Below, one piece after another: positions 48,230 to 61,856 of a DNA stretch of 64,000 nucleotides. The stretch's first letter is position 1. Each line of letters opens with the position of its first letter. Under the pieces are notes generated by a model. The model was not told the DNA's origin, did not search any database, and saw nothing but the letters and a program-made list of their open reading frames with translations. The stretch lies in assembly GCF_001194135.2 (NCBI RefSeq), contig NC_068985.1:62593279-62657278 (forward strand). The letters run 5' to 3'. A program made the position numbers and the translations under genes. The DNA comes from Octopus bimaculoides (lineage: Eukaryota).

Positions 48230-51035
48230 CTCACTAGTTCACAAGGACACAGAAATACCAAAATTATACACTGTTTCTTTGTGGATGACTTGAAACTAGA
48301 TGCAAAGAATATGCATAAGATGAAAAAAAGCCTTGACCTGGTTACAACATTCTCAAAGAATGTAGGATTAGAGTGTGGTCACGATAAATGTTATATAGCA
48401 ACATCTCCATCAATGACTTGACTGTTCCTCCTATATCAGATAAGGAATGTTACAGGTATATAGGGGTAGATGAAAACATATCTTACAATGGCACCTGTAA
48501 CAAAACACGTGTCGCTAAAAAATATTACAGCTGAATAAGGAAAATTTGAACCGCAGAACTCTCTGCATGCAATAAAACAGTGGACCACAATGTGATAGCA
48601 ATGCCAGTACTCATACCAACATTTGGGCTGCTTGAATGGATGCTTGATGAAATCCAAGCCATTGATGTGAAAATCTGGAAGATATGAACAGGCACACATA
48701 ATTTCCACATCAACAGTGATATAGACTGCCTGTACCTAAAATGAAAACAAGACAGCAGAGGCTTAACATCAATCCAAAATGCCTTTGAATGTTGTATCAT
48801 ATCCCTTTGGCAGCATCTTTTAACCACTAGGTGTCGAAGTGCATCCTTTGACAAACTTTGCATACATTAGGCTGAAACATCATAAGACTTGGAAGGCAGC
48901 TTCCTGAGCAGCATTCCTTGTCTGATAATCTTAAATACATGCCCAAAGAAGTCACACGGCTCTACTGCAATGTAGCATCAGATTAAAGGATGAGCATATA
49001 TGAGCAGAAGACCATGCATGGATATGTTAGTAGAAAGCTTAGAGATGATAGTAACATTGATCATCAAAGCAGTCTATCTTGACCAACAACTGGATTACTA
49101 CTTCCCATTTTTAAGGGTATGCATTTGCAATCCAGTAACAGGAAATATCAACCAAATATCTCATGCACAAAAGGGACAGAGATGCAGGAAAAGCAGTAAA
49201 ATGTGACAACTGATGTAGATTTTCTGGAATTAACACCAAAGATGCCACTCACATCATAAACAGTTGTCCAAAAATATCATCACAGTATTATCTACCAGAG
49301 TTCATTGTGGTGCATCGCTTGTGACTTTGGCATTTCCGAGTGCTTCGTCAATGCCTTTCAGAGCCTTTATTGCGAGTCTAGATGCTGTGTTCAGATGGAG
49401 ACAGGCTACATCAACTACTTTACCATTGAGACCGGTGTACAGCAAGAGTGCATTCTATCCCCTTTCCTATTTCTTATGGCAATCGACTTCGTCATGCATG
49501 GGGTGATGCACCAACACAGATTTAGGATTCCGTGGTGTGGATCGAGGCGCCTGACTGACCTTGACTTTACCAAATTACACTGATGAAGAATGTCGTTCAC
49601 ACAATGACAGAGAGATTGGAATGGGAAGCAGCCAAGATCAGACTCTGCATAAGTGCAAACAAGATGAAGATCATGAGGATTGGATGTGTCGACAGGAACA
49701 ACAATGACATCCCCTTGATGATTGGACAACACCAAATCAAGGAAGTTGATGAGTTCACATATTTGGCCAGCATCGTGGTCAATGATGGAGACACCAAATG
49801 CGACGTTGCCTGCCAGATTGGGAAGGCCTTGGCTGTCTTTCAAAGACTCAAACCCATCTGGGCAGGCAGGGCAATCTCTACCAAGACCAAAGTGCACCTC
49901 TTCAACAGTATTGGCAATATATGTGGCGGAAACATGGAAGATACCGACAAAGATTGCACGAAGGCTCAATGTATTTCAATTACAATGCCTCCAGCAGAGA
50001 CTGTGAATGTCATCCAGGACCACATCACCAATGACGAGGTACATCGCTGAACTGATACCTGTCCATGCCATGATGTTGTCACTGAGCGTCGCTTGTGATT
50101 CGCAGGCCATGTTCTCTGATTATCATCATCATGGCATGCAAAAACCGCCATTCAGTGGAAGGCACCACATAACAAGAGAAAACAAGGGCAACCTAAAGTG
50201 ACTTGGCACAGCACCTTCATTGATGACCTCAAAGGTATTGACATTTCATGGGATGAAGCTGAAATCGCCACAGTCAACCAACCATGTTGGAGAAACCTTG
50301 CCACCCAATGCACCACATGGCACAGGAGGACCTAAGATTAAAATTATCTACCAGTGAGACATGATGTTGTAGCAAGGACACTGTATAATGAGATCCGTCG
50401 AAAGGATAACTCTGAGGACAAAAAAATAAGAATCCACAGTATGGTGGAAGCCATAGCCACTCATAATAAAAAGGAGTACTGATGGAATGTCCCAGTGAAA
50501 ACCTCAATAAAATGTAAACACAATAGACCTGATATAATAATTTGGGACAGAGAAGAGAAACTGTACAGTTGTGGAAATCAGCTACCCAGCAGATGTTAAC
50601 ATAAAACTGAAGATCAGTGAAAACAGAATATCTACGCTGAACTATTGAGAAATCTGCAGTTACTCTATCCAGATTACAAGTTCAGGTTTATACCTGTAAT
50701 TTTGGTGCTCTGGGATATGTAACATATTGCCTAAATATCAATCTTGAGAATTTAGGCTTCTCAAAACCAGAAAGGAGAAAGCTAATTTGAAGACTACAGA
50801 TCTAAGCTATCACAGGAACTGTAAAAATCTGTAAAACTTTCCAGAAATTTATCATTTAAGTATATATGAGCATGTCTAGGTATGCAAGTATATGCATGAA
50901 AAGACATACAAATCTGCACACACACACACATACATACCCTGTTGTTGATGTTGAAATTCCAATAAAGGAGCCTTGGATCTAGGTTTGAAACTGGCTCTTT
51001 CTCTATTGGCAAGAAATCTTGAAATAAAACTGAAT
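48230..51035 (+). mobile_element. Non-LTR retrotransposon with restriction-like endonuclease (R4/Dong-like), decayed
   Basis: FVDDLKL RT motif; YYLPVRHDVVARTLYNEI; KHNRPDIIIWD..VEIS.P.D.NI (PD..E endonuclease); terminal GTVKICKTF. Confidence 0.7.
49299..50342 (+). mobile_element. 5'-truncated RTE LINE inserted in the R4/Dong-like element
   Basis: 12 bp TSD ATTATCTACCAG at 49287-49298 and 50343-50354; GVQQECILSPFLF, EVDEFTYLASIV and WHRRT* motifs. Confidence 0.85.
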
Positions 51036-51054
51036 AATGACAAACAGACATATC

Positions 51055-51240
51055 ATAATCATCATCATCATTTAATGTCCATTTTCTATGCTGGCAAGAA
51101 AGGGTTGGATGTTCTTCAGAAGCTAGCAAGTCAGAGAACTGCACCAAGCTCCAATGGCTGCTCTGATACAGTATCTATATATATGGCTGGATGCCCTTCC
51201 AAATACCAGCCACTTTACAGAGAGTACTGGGCATTTTGTA
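51055..51240 (-). mobile_element. Diverged RTE 3'UTR fragment
   Basis: (CAT)n followed by TTTAATGTCC...GGCTGGATGCCCTTCC, antisense to the RTE tail. Confidence 0.6.
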
Positions 51241-53039
51241 TGTAGCACTGACAATAGTGAGGGCCAAGTAACTCACAAAACAAGACCTTTCAACTGAAAG
51301 TGACAGTGTAGTATTGAGGGAGGTGGCTTTCTAGGTGATGAGAGATTAAAGTATGATAAAAGGACAAGCGTCTTGCTCTAGGAGAGATACATGAAAGAGA
51401 AAGAGGTTGGTGATGAAGATGTGATGGGGCAGTGAATAAAAGAGAAGCAGTATAGGTTGGTAAATAAGTTTGTGGGAGTGTGAGAGGTGAGCAGCAGATA
51501 GATAACAAGAAATGCAGTGAGTGGTGAACACTGTGGAGCCATGGTCAATCATGAGTTTCTGTTAGAGGGGAAGGTGGAGGAAGTAGTTGTGCATCAGGCG
51601 GGTAATCGGTGGAAGTAAAGATGGTGCAAAATGTGTGGTGGATGATGTGAAAGAGAGATGCTAGGAATGGGGTGTGAGGCACATGGGAGTGGAAATGGTT
51701 GGAGATGGACAGAGGGAATAGTGGGTGGGGGCTGCTGTTGCAAAACGGTGGGGTGTACAGGGGAAGAGGGCTGAAAGCAGCATTCTGTGGAAAAGGAGGT
51801 AATGGATGATACTGTGATACAGTGCAAAACAATGTGGTTCCAGGGAGAGAGAGAGAGAGCAGTAGAAGTAAGGGATGAAATACACGAGTTCCCTTCTCAT
51901 AATTACAGCAGTTGGGTGAGTAGTGCTGTAATCCAAAGAGTAATAGAGGGTGGTGGTTAGGAATATGAGTTGTGGAAGGGAAGGTTTATCAGGGACAAAT
52001 TGAGTGCAGGGACACAAACAAAAGCAACGTGTTTTTAGGTTCTTATTTTTGCTTAGATGTATGGGTTTTCTCAAGCACAGGAAATTGCCAAACATCTCAG
52101 TCCTTTGTCATCTACTCCCTGAGGTTCAACATCCAGGGGTCGTCCCTTACTACTTCATCTCACATCTTCCACATTCCTTTCCACACCCATATATATATAT
52201 ATATATATATATAGGGTGAGAGAAAGACTGTTATCTCCAACGATAAGTCTATTGTATTACTATTTAGTATTAGTTTTCACAACTTGTCGGAAGTGAGTCA
52301 CTTCCGGATCGTATCTGAGATCAAGGTTGTTTTGTTTTCATAAAAATGGATGGGGTCTTTTTACGTCCATCTATATCTTAGAAAACACACTGTCATCCCT
52401 GAATGTTCTCCTTCTTTGGTTATTTCATGTTACTGCAAACATGGCTTTGTACCAGTGAGACCAATTTTCTGCTGCTTCTAGAATGATGAGCCGACAAAGT
52501 TTTTGTAAGATAATTTAAATATATGTAGTTGTTTTCCTTATATTAACCTGAGACATATAATGATGTGTAGATAATTGTATATCCATGGGCGAAAGTGTTT
52601 GGTGTATCCAACATTTTTTCCTCATTCAGTACTTTTCGCCCATGTGTGTCAGTCATAATAAACATGTTGAATGTATTTTGTAATCAAACTTTGTTTCAAG
52701 AAAGTTGTATATCGGGAAGTCAAATATTAGTAAAACCCTGTTCGAATAATTTTTGTATTTAAGTTTGTCGTATTTTTGTATTTTTCTTATTTTGTAGTCT
52801 ACCATACACTTGCCATACATTTGTATAAACATGCAGTACACCTGCACGATATAATGTACAAATAGAAAATAAATGGCTCCAAAAGTTTAAACCATTGTTC
52901 ATCTTTCTTATCCCAGTGATGATTATGACTCTGTTCACCTACATTTCTACACAAAGCAGCAACAGTAGAAAAAAATTCTGCATAGGACTTCCAAGTCATT
53001 GGAAAGGACTTAAAAAGTGAAGTTGTACCAGTGATTCAT

Positions 53040-56000
53040 CTGAATAGCATAAGTTCTATAATGACAGATCTCAAAAAAGAAAGGACACTGTGTAAGAGAG
53101 CCCTAACATTTGTAATAAACTATGTGAAACAATGCATTGTGGAAGACGCTTTCAATGCTCTTGCCGAGCAAGGAAAAAAAAATAAAACACTTGTTCAAAA
53201 GATTCTCTGAGGCTCATAACACTTTTCATGAAACACTAGATGAAGATGAAATTGATGAAAGTGAAAACTATTTCAACAGTGTGCAAACTGACTATGTAAA
53301 AAATTTTATACAAGGTAAAAAATGCATTCAAAGATATGAAGCCCAAAACTGTACAAAGTGTGGTTGAAAAACCCCATGTTGAAGTCAAAGAGTTGCTTAC
53401 AAACTTACAAATGCTAAAAGTAGAGTTGGAAACCTTCAAGGGTGATCCGCTCATGTATCATCAATTTATTAAATCGTTTCAACTCAATGTTGATTCAATT
53501 TGTATTGATAATGATTTCAAACTGAAACGTTTACTTCAGTATACACAAGGTCCTGTGAGAGATGCCATCAGGAGCTGTCTTTTAATCGCTGGTGAGGCAG
53601 GATATCATTAAGCACTTGCTATTCTCGAGAATAGATTTGGCAATTCCCACTTGGTAACTGAGGAAATCCTCAATAATTTGAAACAAAGTAAACCAGTGAA
53701 AACACCACGAGAATTACAGAAACTAGTGGATGATCTGAAAAATTCTGAGTTGATTTTGACAAAGCTAAACATGCTTCAAGAAGTGAATTCACAATCTAAC
53801 ATTTTGAACATTGTTAACCGTTTACAACTTTATTTACATACTCTTAAATACAAAAGTTCCAAGGAAGATTACCTTAAGTTCAATTTTCTGGTAGAGTTTA
53901 CTGCTAAAGCTGCATCAGATGTGAATGACTCTGTCTATGGCAAAATGATAAAGAAACATCACAATCGTGCATCAAAGACTGCTACTACAACAAGCTTGAC
54001 TATTAGTGCTACTTATCACAGAGACAATATACATCATACTGGTACTTATGCACATTCAGTGCCAGCATGTGTATTGTGTAATGAACATCATCAATTGTGG
54101 CATTGCCAAATGTTTCGGAGAATGACACCTAAAGACAGGTTGGGCCTTGTAACAGAATGCACATTGTGTCATAATTGCCTTTTATCTAGTCACAATACAG
54201 AATCATGTAAGAAACAATTTATCTGTAATGTGGTAGGTTGTGGTAAAAAACACACCATGTACATTTGTGTAAATGAAAATCCACCAAGTCAAGATAGTAG
54301 TGTGTCAAATGCTAATATATCTGCTAGTACTGATTCAGTTACACACATGCCAGTTATACAAATTAAAGTGGATAGTGGTACGAAAGTGTTTGTCTTGCTT
54401 GATACAGGATCAAGCAATTCCTTTTGTAAAACGAGTGCACTTGCAGGGTGAATTTGTGTCATATCATTTGAATACATTGAACAAGTCTACATCTGCTAAG
54501 TCAGAAATGGTCAGTTTATTTTTGTGTACTGAAGATGATGATAGTTTAGAGATTTCTGGTGTATATGTAGTTGATGAAATCCCAGCAAAAACAACAAGGA
54601 TAGATTTGAGCAAATATGAACATCTTCATGATATCGGCTTGCCACATTTTGATAGTTCTTGCCATGTAGATCTATTACTAGGTCAAGATCATGCAGAAGC
54701 CTTTATACCATTAGAGGTATGTAAGGGTAACAAAGGCGAACCCTTTGCTGTTAGAACAATCTTTGGTTGGTGTATCAATGGTCAGTCACCGGTTAAAAAG
54801 GCTAGTTGTCAATTCATATCTAACTTTGTTACTATTTCGCCCCCGGTAGTTACAAATGACATATATAAATTATGGAAATTGGAAAACGAGGGGATTAATG
54901 AATTTGGTTGGTCACAAGATGATCATTCAGTGATTGAATTATGAGATAGGGAGTGTTTGAAAGTGGATGGTCATTATCAGTTACCAATTCCCTGGAAAGA
55001 TAGGAATGAACCATTGCCAAATAATTATGTAGTAGCTAAATCCAGGCTAAAATCTACATTCAGAAAACTTAAAGGGCAAGATCTTATTCAAAGATATGGC
55101 TTAGAAATCAAGAAGTTAGTTAGCAATGGATATGCTGAGGTTTGTTCCTCCAGAGCAAATTCATGGTATCAAACATATATCGTATCTTCCTCATCATGCA
55201 GTTATTTCTGATAAGAAACTTGGCAAAGTGCGCACTGTATTTGATTGTGCAACAAAATATCAGGGCAAATCTCTCAATGAATGTTGCAAACAAGGTCCTG
55301 ACCTAGTTAGCAAACTTTTGCATGTATTGTTGAGATTTAGACAGTATCACTATTCCATTCTAGCTGACATTGAATCTATGTATCATCAAGTCAAGATTCC
55401 ACTGGAAGATAGAGATGCTTTGAGATTTTTGTGGTATCAAGGTGGTGAGGTTGTTCACTATCGCATGACGTCACATTTTTTGGGGGGGAGGGTGCTAGTT
55501 CTACCTATGCTCTTAAACAGATTGTTGCAGAATGTGAAGACGCCAGTACATTAGCAATTGATTCAATTGACAAGTCATTCTATGTAGATAATTTATTGAA
55601 ATCTATAGAAGAGAAAGATGAAGCTAGAATAATTCTGCATGAAGTTCCCTTGGTTTTAGCTAGTGGTGGTTTCAATCTCATAAAATTTGTTGTCAAATAT
55701 AGTCAGTTGTTGGAAGAAATTCCAGAGAATCACAGGGCAAAAGAGGTGAAGAGATTCACCAGGAAGGGTATTTGGTGTAAAATGGAATATCATGTCAATG
55801 CCTTTGCCTTTGAGGTCAATGTAGAGATAAATCAGATAGTCACGAGGAGGAAAATGTTGAGCATTGTGTCATTGATGTATGACTCACTTGGGTTTGTTGG
55901 TCCCCAGATATTATTGGGCAAGATTATTTTTCAGGATGCTACCCATTATAAGTATGATTGGGATGAACCAGTTCCTTTGGGACTTTGTGTGCAGTGGAAC

Positions 56001-57915
56001 AAATGGTTGGAAACATTGGAGTTTCTCAATCAAGTGCAAATTCCGCACCGTATTAAACCACTGGGTTTTGATGAGGCATATTTGGAATTATATCATTTTT
56101 CAGATGCAAGCCTGTCAGCCTATGGTTGTTGTAGCTATATCAGGCGTGTCAACAAGTTTGGAAAGATCCCTACACAGCTTATCATAAACAAAAGTAGAGT
56201 TGCACCTCTCGAACAATGTACCATACCACGACTGGAATTACAAGCAACCACTTTGTCAGTCAGAGTTAACACTCTCCTGAGAAAGGAATTGGAAATCAGA
56301 ATTGATCGGACGTTCTTTTCGTCAGATTCAAAAGTAGTTTTGGCTTACATTATAAACGAAACCAAACGATTCCAGATATTTATAGAAAATAGAGTTAGTC
56401 TTATCAGTGGCATTATGTGTCAAGCAGAAACAATCCTGCGGACATTGTTAGTCGAGGTCTGGTGTTTGGTAAATTAGATAGCGAATTGTGGTTCAGTGGA
56501 CCCACCTTCTTGAGGCAACAAAAAACTGATGAATGGCAACTATACAAGAATAGTGAGGAATTGTTATTGGGTGATATGGAGATCAGAAAAGACTCATTTA
56601 GGATGTGCAATGCTCATAGGTAGTATGAATCCTATAGACAGGGTCATGGAACATTATTCAGACTGGTGCAGGATGAAACATGCTTTAGCATGGTTGCTTC
56701 GATTTGCAAAAATGTGCAAAAACAGAAATGTCAAACAGGGACCTTTATGTGTTGAAGAAATGCATTATGCAGAGTTGCTTCTGATCATGAGAGCTCAGCG
56801 AATACATTATAAAGATGAATTAGTTTATTGGGAAAAAAATGTATCAGCAAATCCAGTTCCCTCAGATCACTCCACCCATTTCTGGATGATGATAGTATTC
56901 TCAGGGTAGGTGGTAGATTGGTTGAGTCTACAGCTGAAATCAAGAATCCGGTTATAATATCAGGTAAACATGCCATTGCTGAGTGTATTGCTGCTCATTT
57001 TCACAGAAAAGCTCATGTAGGGAGAGAATGGACTTTATGACTTATTAGACAGTATTATTGGATAACAGGTGGCAGATCTGTTGTTAAGAAAGTAATCCGT
57101 TCATGTGTAGGAAGTTATTTGCCAAGCCAGCTTCTCAAATTATGGCAAATATCCCCAGGGAGAGAGTTGAAACAGACAAACCTACTTTTACATACATTGG
57201 TGTAGATGTCTTTGGGTATTTCATGGTCAAAGTCAACTGTTCAGAAGTAAAGTGTTACAGTTGTATATTCACATGTCCTGTAACTAGAGCAGTATATATT
57301 GAGATGTTACATAGTCTAGACACCAAATCTTTCATCAATTGTTTTCACAGATTTATATCTAGAAGGGGTCACCTACAGAAGGTTTACTCAGACAATGGTA
57401 CAAACTTTGTTGGGGCTATAGCTGAGTTAGAAAGGGGTTTACAGAAGTTATCTCAGACTGATATCCAAGCTTATACATTGAATCGAAACATAAATTGGCA
57501 TTTTAAACCACCAGCAGTTTCTCATATGAGGAGAGCTTGGGAACGCATGATAGGTTGTGCTAGGAGAGTTATGGAAAGGTTACTGTCTGGTCCTGTTAGA
57601 CTCACTGATGAAATTCTAGAGACAGCGTTTGCAGTGGTTGAATCTATTTTGAATGGTAGGCTGCTAACAAATTTAAGTGACAATCCAAAGGATCCTTTTC
57701 CATTAACACCCAATCGTTTACTTTTGCTTAGGGAAGGTTCAACAGTACCTCCAGGTAAATTTGATGAGAGGGACACTTTTCGTAGGAGATGGAAAATGTA
57801 CATTTAGCAGATCAGTTCTGGTCTAAATGAGTAAAATTGTATTTACCTGATTTACATAAACGGGTCAAGTGGACAGAATTACATAGGAATATATCAGTTG
57901 GAGATCGAGTGCTCA
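53040..57915 (+). mobile_element. BEL/Pao LTR retrotransposon internal region, decayed; LTRs not found
   Basis: LETFKGDP (gag), three CCHC-type knuckles, LLDTGS protease, DLLLG, YLPHHAV, GPDL, ADIESMYHQV, FSDAS..AYG, KSRVAP, RLELQA, NPAD..SRG and SDNGTNFVGA integrase. Confidence 0.92.
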
Positions 57916-59040
57916 TGCCAGGAGAAAACATGTGATGAGTTCGCCTTCCTACTTACTAGAACTTTGGTCTTTGCTACATTGACTCTAAGGTCTTTCGATT
58001 CTACTAGTTCTGGTAGTGATTCTGCTATGAGGGCCAGGTCATCAGCCTACAGGAGCTCCCAGGGGCAACCTGTCTTGAATTCCTCTGTTATTGCTTGGAG
58101 GACTATGATGAATAAAAGGGGACTGAGAGCTGAACCTTGGTGAATCCCTACTTCTACCCGGAATTCTTCACTATACTCATTGCCAATCCTAACCTTATTA
58201 ATAGCCTCTCTATATAGGGCCTCTACAGCCCTTATTAACCATTCATCAATCCCAAGTTTCCACATTGCCCACCAGATAAAGGATCGGGGGACCCTGTCAA
58301 AGGCTTTCTCCAAGTCCACAAAAGCTAAGTATAGGGGTTTATCTTTAGCTAGGTATTTCTCCTGCAGTTGTCGAACCAGGAATAAAGAATCATATGCTTC
58401 TACTTGGCACAAAACTGAACTGCAGATTCTCTCCCTAATGAGATGGGCTATGACCCTCTCCATGACCATCACTTGATCCAGTAGTTTGATACCCCTGTAG
58501 TTATTTCTATCTAGAGCATCACCTTTACCCTTGTAGCAGTTGACTATGGTGCTGCTATGCCAGTCATTGGGTATGACTCCATCATGAACTACCTGGTTTA
58601 CAATGCAGGTGACTAGGCCATAGCCCACACCACCAGATATTTTAAGCATCTCAGCAGTGATTCCTGATGGGCCAGGGACCTTTCCTGGCTTCATACACTT
58701 AATTGCTTTATCTATCAAGCAGCTGTCTATTTGGATAGCTGGTCCCTCAACTGGGTCAACATTTGGCAGGCTCTCCTCCTCCCATTCATTCTCCACATTC
58801 AGCAGTCTTTCATAATGGCTACTCCAAGCCTCTTTCTTTTCAGAATCATTAAAAGCAAGTGCACCATCATCCATGCAGACACATTTCTCTCCTGTGACAT
58901 TATTACAATTTTCTCTCACACTGTCTTGCAATCCCAAAAACTTCAGTTCTTTGGTCCTCACGTCGCTGGACATTGGCAAACTTCTTCTTTTCTGCTTCGC
59001 CTTTGGCTATGTATACCTGCCTCCCTTTTGGCTACCTGGT
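57916..59040 (-). mobile_element. RTE LINE RT fragment
   Basis: ORF 58047-58979: FVDLEKAFDRV, GIHQGSALSPLLF, CPWELL, then (after the TAG stop) ADDL. Confidence 0.9.
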
Positions 59041-59405
59041 ACAGTTCTCTGCTACCCCCACCAATGTTATTAGAAATGCTATCTTAGGCATTAAAAGTAT
59101 TTCCCAAATGAAACTTAGTTTTTTTCTGGTCATCTGCCAAGTATTTAGGAACATGAACTGGCAGAAGACCCAATAACTTTACTCAGTTTTAAAATCTTCT
59201 TGAAAATATTTTACAACATTTGTGATACAGCTGTCTCATTTTAACTCATTTGACACTTGTACCAGTAGTTAGAAACAGTTCTTTCATGTATTTTTTAATA
59301 CTAGTATAAATCCATCACTATACAACTGTATAAAAATATTTCTAAATCATGCCTGTAAGTCATAAATTGTATAAATAATGTTTAGATTAATTTTGTTAGT
59401 GAACA

Positions 59406-61856
59406 TTTGGAAATATGCTGTGTGTGAGAAGACCCGGCAAGCCAAGTGAGACCTAATCTAAGGCCTCTGACAGTCCACTTATGTGTACCTTCCTTCATTG
59501 GACACTAAACTCCACTTGCAAAGACCTGTTGATGCAAGTGAAATCAAAATCGAGTTAAGTTGGACACTAAACTCCACTTGCGAAGACCTGTTGCGGCAAG
59601 TGAAATCGAAATCGAGTTAAATTCGACGACTGGCACCCATACCAACACCGTCTCCTTCACTGGACACGAAACTCAGCTTGCGAAGACTTATTGGGGCAAT
59701 CGAAATCGTGAAGGCACCTGTGCCTAGCGTCACCTTTCTGACACTTGTGCCCATGGCATGTGTAAGGACTTTCGAGCGAGATCATTGCCAGTGCCCCTGG
59801 ACTGGCTCTTGTGCGGGTAGCACATGAAATACACCATTTTGAGCATAGCCGTTGCCAGTACCACTTGACTGGCCTTCGTGCTGATGGCACATAAAAGCAC
59901 CCNNNNNNNNNNNNNNNNNNNNNNNNNNNNNNNNNNNNNNNNNNNNNNNNNNNNNNNNNNNNNNNNNNNNNNNNNNNNNNNNNNNNNNNNNNNNNNNNNN
60001 NNNNNNNNNNNNNNNNNNNNNNNNNNNNNNNNNNNNNNNNNNNNNNNNNNNNNNNNNNNNNNNNNNNNNNNNNNNNNNNNNNNNNNNNNNNNNNNNNNNN
60101 NNNNNNNNNNNNNNNNNNNNNNNNNNNNNNNNNNNNNNNNNNNNNNNNNNNNNNNNNNNNNNNNNNNNNNNNNNNNNNNNNNNNNNNNNNNNNNNNNNNN
60201 NNNNNNNNNNNNNNNNNNNNNNNNNNNNNNNNNNNNNNNNNNNNNNNNNNNNNNNNNNNNNNNNNNNNNNNNNNNNNNNNNNNNNNNNNNNNNNNNNNNN
60301 NNNNNNNNNNNNNNNNNNNNNNNNNNNNNNNNNNNNNNNNNNNNNNNNNNNNNNNNNNNNNNNNNNNNNNNNNNNNNNNNNNNNNNNNNNNNNNNNNNNN
60401 NNNNNNNNNNNNNNNNNNNNNNNNNNNNNNNNNNNNNNNNNNNNNNNNNNNNNNNNNNNNNNNNNNNNNNNNNNNNNNNNNNNNNNNNNNNNNNNNNNNN
60501 NNNNNNNNNNNNNNNNNNNNNNNNNNNNNNNNNNNNNNNNNNNGTGCTGATGGCACATAAAAGCACCCACTACACTCTCTGGGTGGTTGGCGTTAGGAAG
60601 GGCATCCAGCTGTAGAAACTCTGCCAATTGGAAATATGCTGTGCGTGAGAAGACCCGGCAAGCCAAGTGAGACCTAAATCTAAGGCCTCAACCAGTCCAC
60701 TTATGCGTACCTTCCTTCCTTCATTGGACACTAAACTCCACTTGCGAAGACCTGTTGAGGCAAGTGAAATCAAAATAGAGTTAAATTGGACACTAAACTT
60801 CCACTTGTGAAGACCTGTTGAGGCAAGTGAAATCGAAATCGAGTTAAATTGGACACTAAACTTCCACTTGCGAAGACCTGTTGAAGCAAGTGAAATCGAA
60901 GTTAAGTAAAATTTGACGACTGGCACCCATGCCAACGCCGTCTCCTTCACTGGACATGAAACTCAGCTTGCTTATTGAGACTTATAGGAAAGACTTATTG
61001 GGGCAATCGAAATCGTGATGGCACCTGTGCCCAGCATCGCCTTTCTGACACTTGTGCCCGCGGCATGTATAAGGACTTTCGAGCAAGATCGTTGCCAGTG
61101 CCCCTGGACTGACTCTTGTGCGGGTGGCACATAAAATACACCATTTTGAGCGTGGCCATTGCCAGTACTGCCTGACTGGTCTTCGTGTTGATGGTACGTA
61201 AAAGCACCCACTACATTCTCTGGTTGGTTGGCGTTAGGAAGGGCATCCAGCTGTAGAAACTCTGCCAATTGGAAATATGTTGTGCGTGAGAAGACCCGGC
61301 AAGCCAAGTGAGACCTAAATCTAAGGCCTCAGCCAGTCCACTTATGCGTACCTTCCTTCATTGGACACTAAACTCCACTTGCGAAGACCTGTTGAGGCAA
61401 GTGAAACCGAAATCGAGTTAAATTGGACACTAAACTCCACTTGTGAAGACCTGTTGAGGCAAATGAAATCGAAGTCGAGTTAAATTTGATGNNNNNNNNN
61501 NNNNNNNNNNNNNNNNNNNNTTTCTGGCACTTGTGCCCGCGCCATGTGTAAGGACTTTCGAGCGAGATCGTTGCCAGTGCCCCTGGACTGGCTCTTGTGT
61601 GGGTGGCACATAAAATACACCATTTTGAGCGTGGCCGTTGCCAGTACCGCCTGACTGGCCTTCGTGCGGGTGACACTTAAAAGCACCCACTACACTCTCT
61701 GAGTGGTTGGCGTTAGGAAGGGCATCCAGCTGTAGAAACTCTGCGAAATCAGATTGGAGCCTGGTGTAGCCATTTGGTTCGCCAGTCCTCAGTCAAATCG
61801 TCCAACCCATGCTAGCATGGAAAGCGAATGTTAAACGACGACGACGAGGACGACGA
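59406..61856 (+). repeat. Head-to-tail tandem array of an RTE 3'-end unit (~600-640 bp)
   Basis: TTGGAAATATG..GAGAAGACCCGGCAAGCCAAG starts at about 59407, 60628 and 61269. Only the last unit runs on to the (GAC)n tail. Confidence 0.85.

Noticed and set aside
49415-49969. 184 aa minus-strand ORF (and similar ORFs at 58180-58476, 57522-57803, 32356-32730)
   Set aside because: These are antisense shadows of RT or integrase coding sequence.
52799-52999. Possible exon GEQSHNHHWDKKDEQWFKLLEPF (minus strand)
   Set aside because: The peptide looks protein-like, but there is no convincing donor site and no link to other exons.
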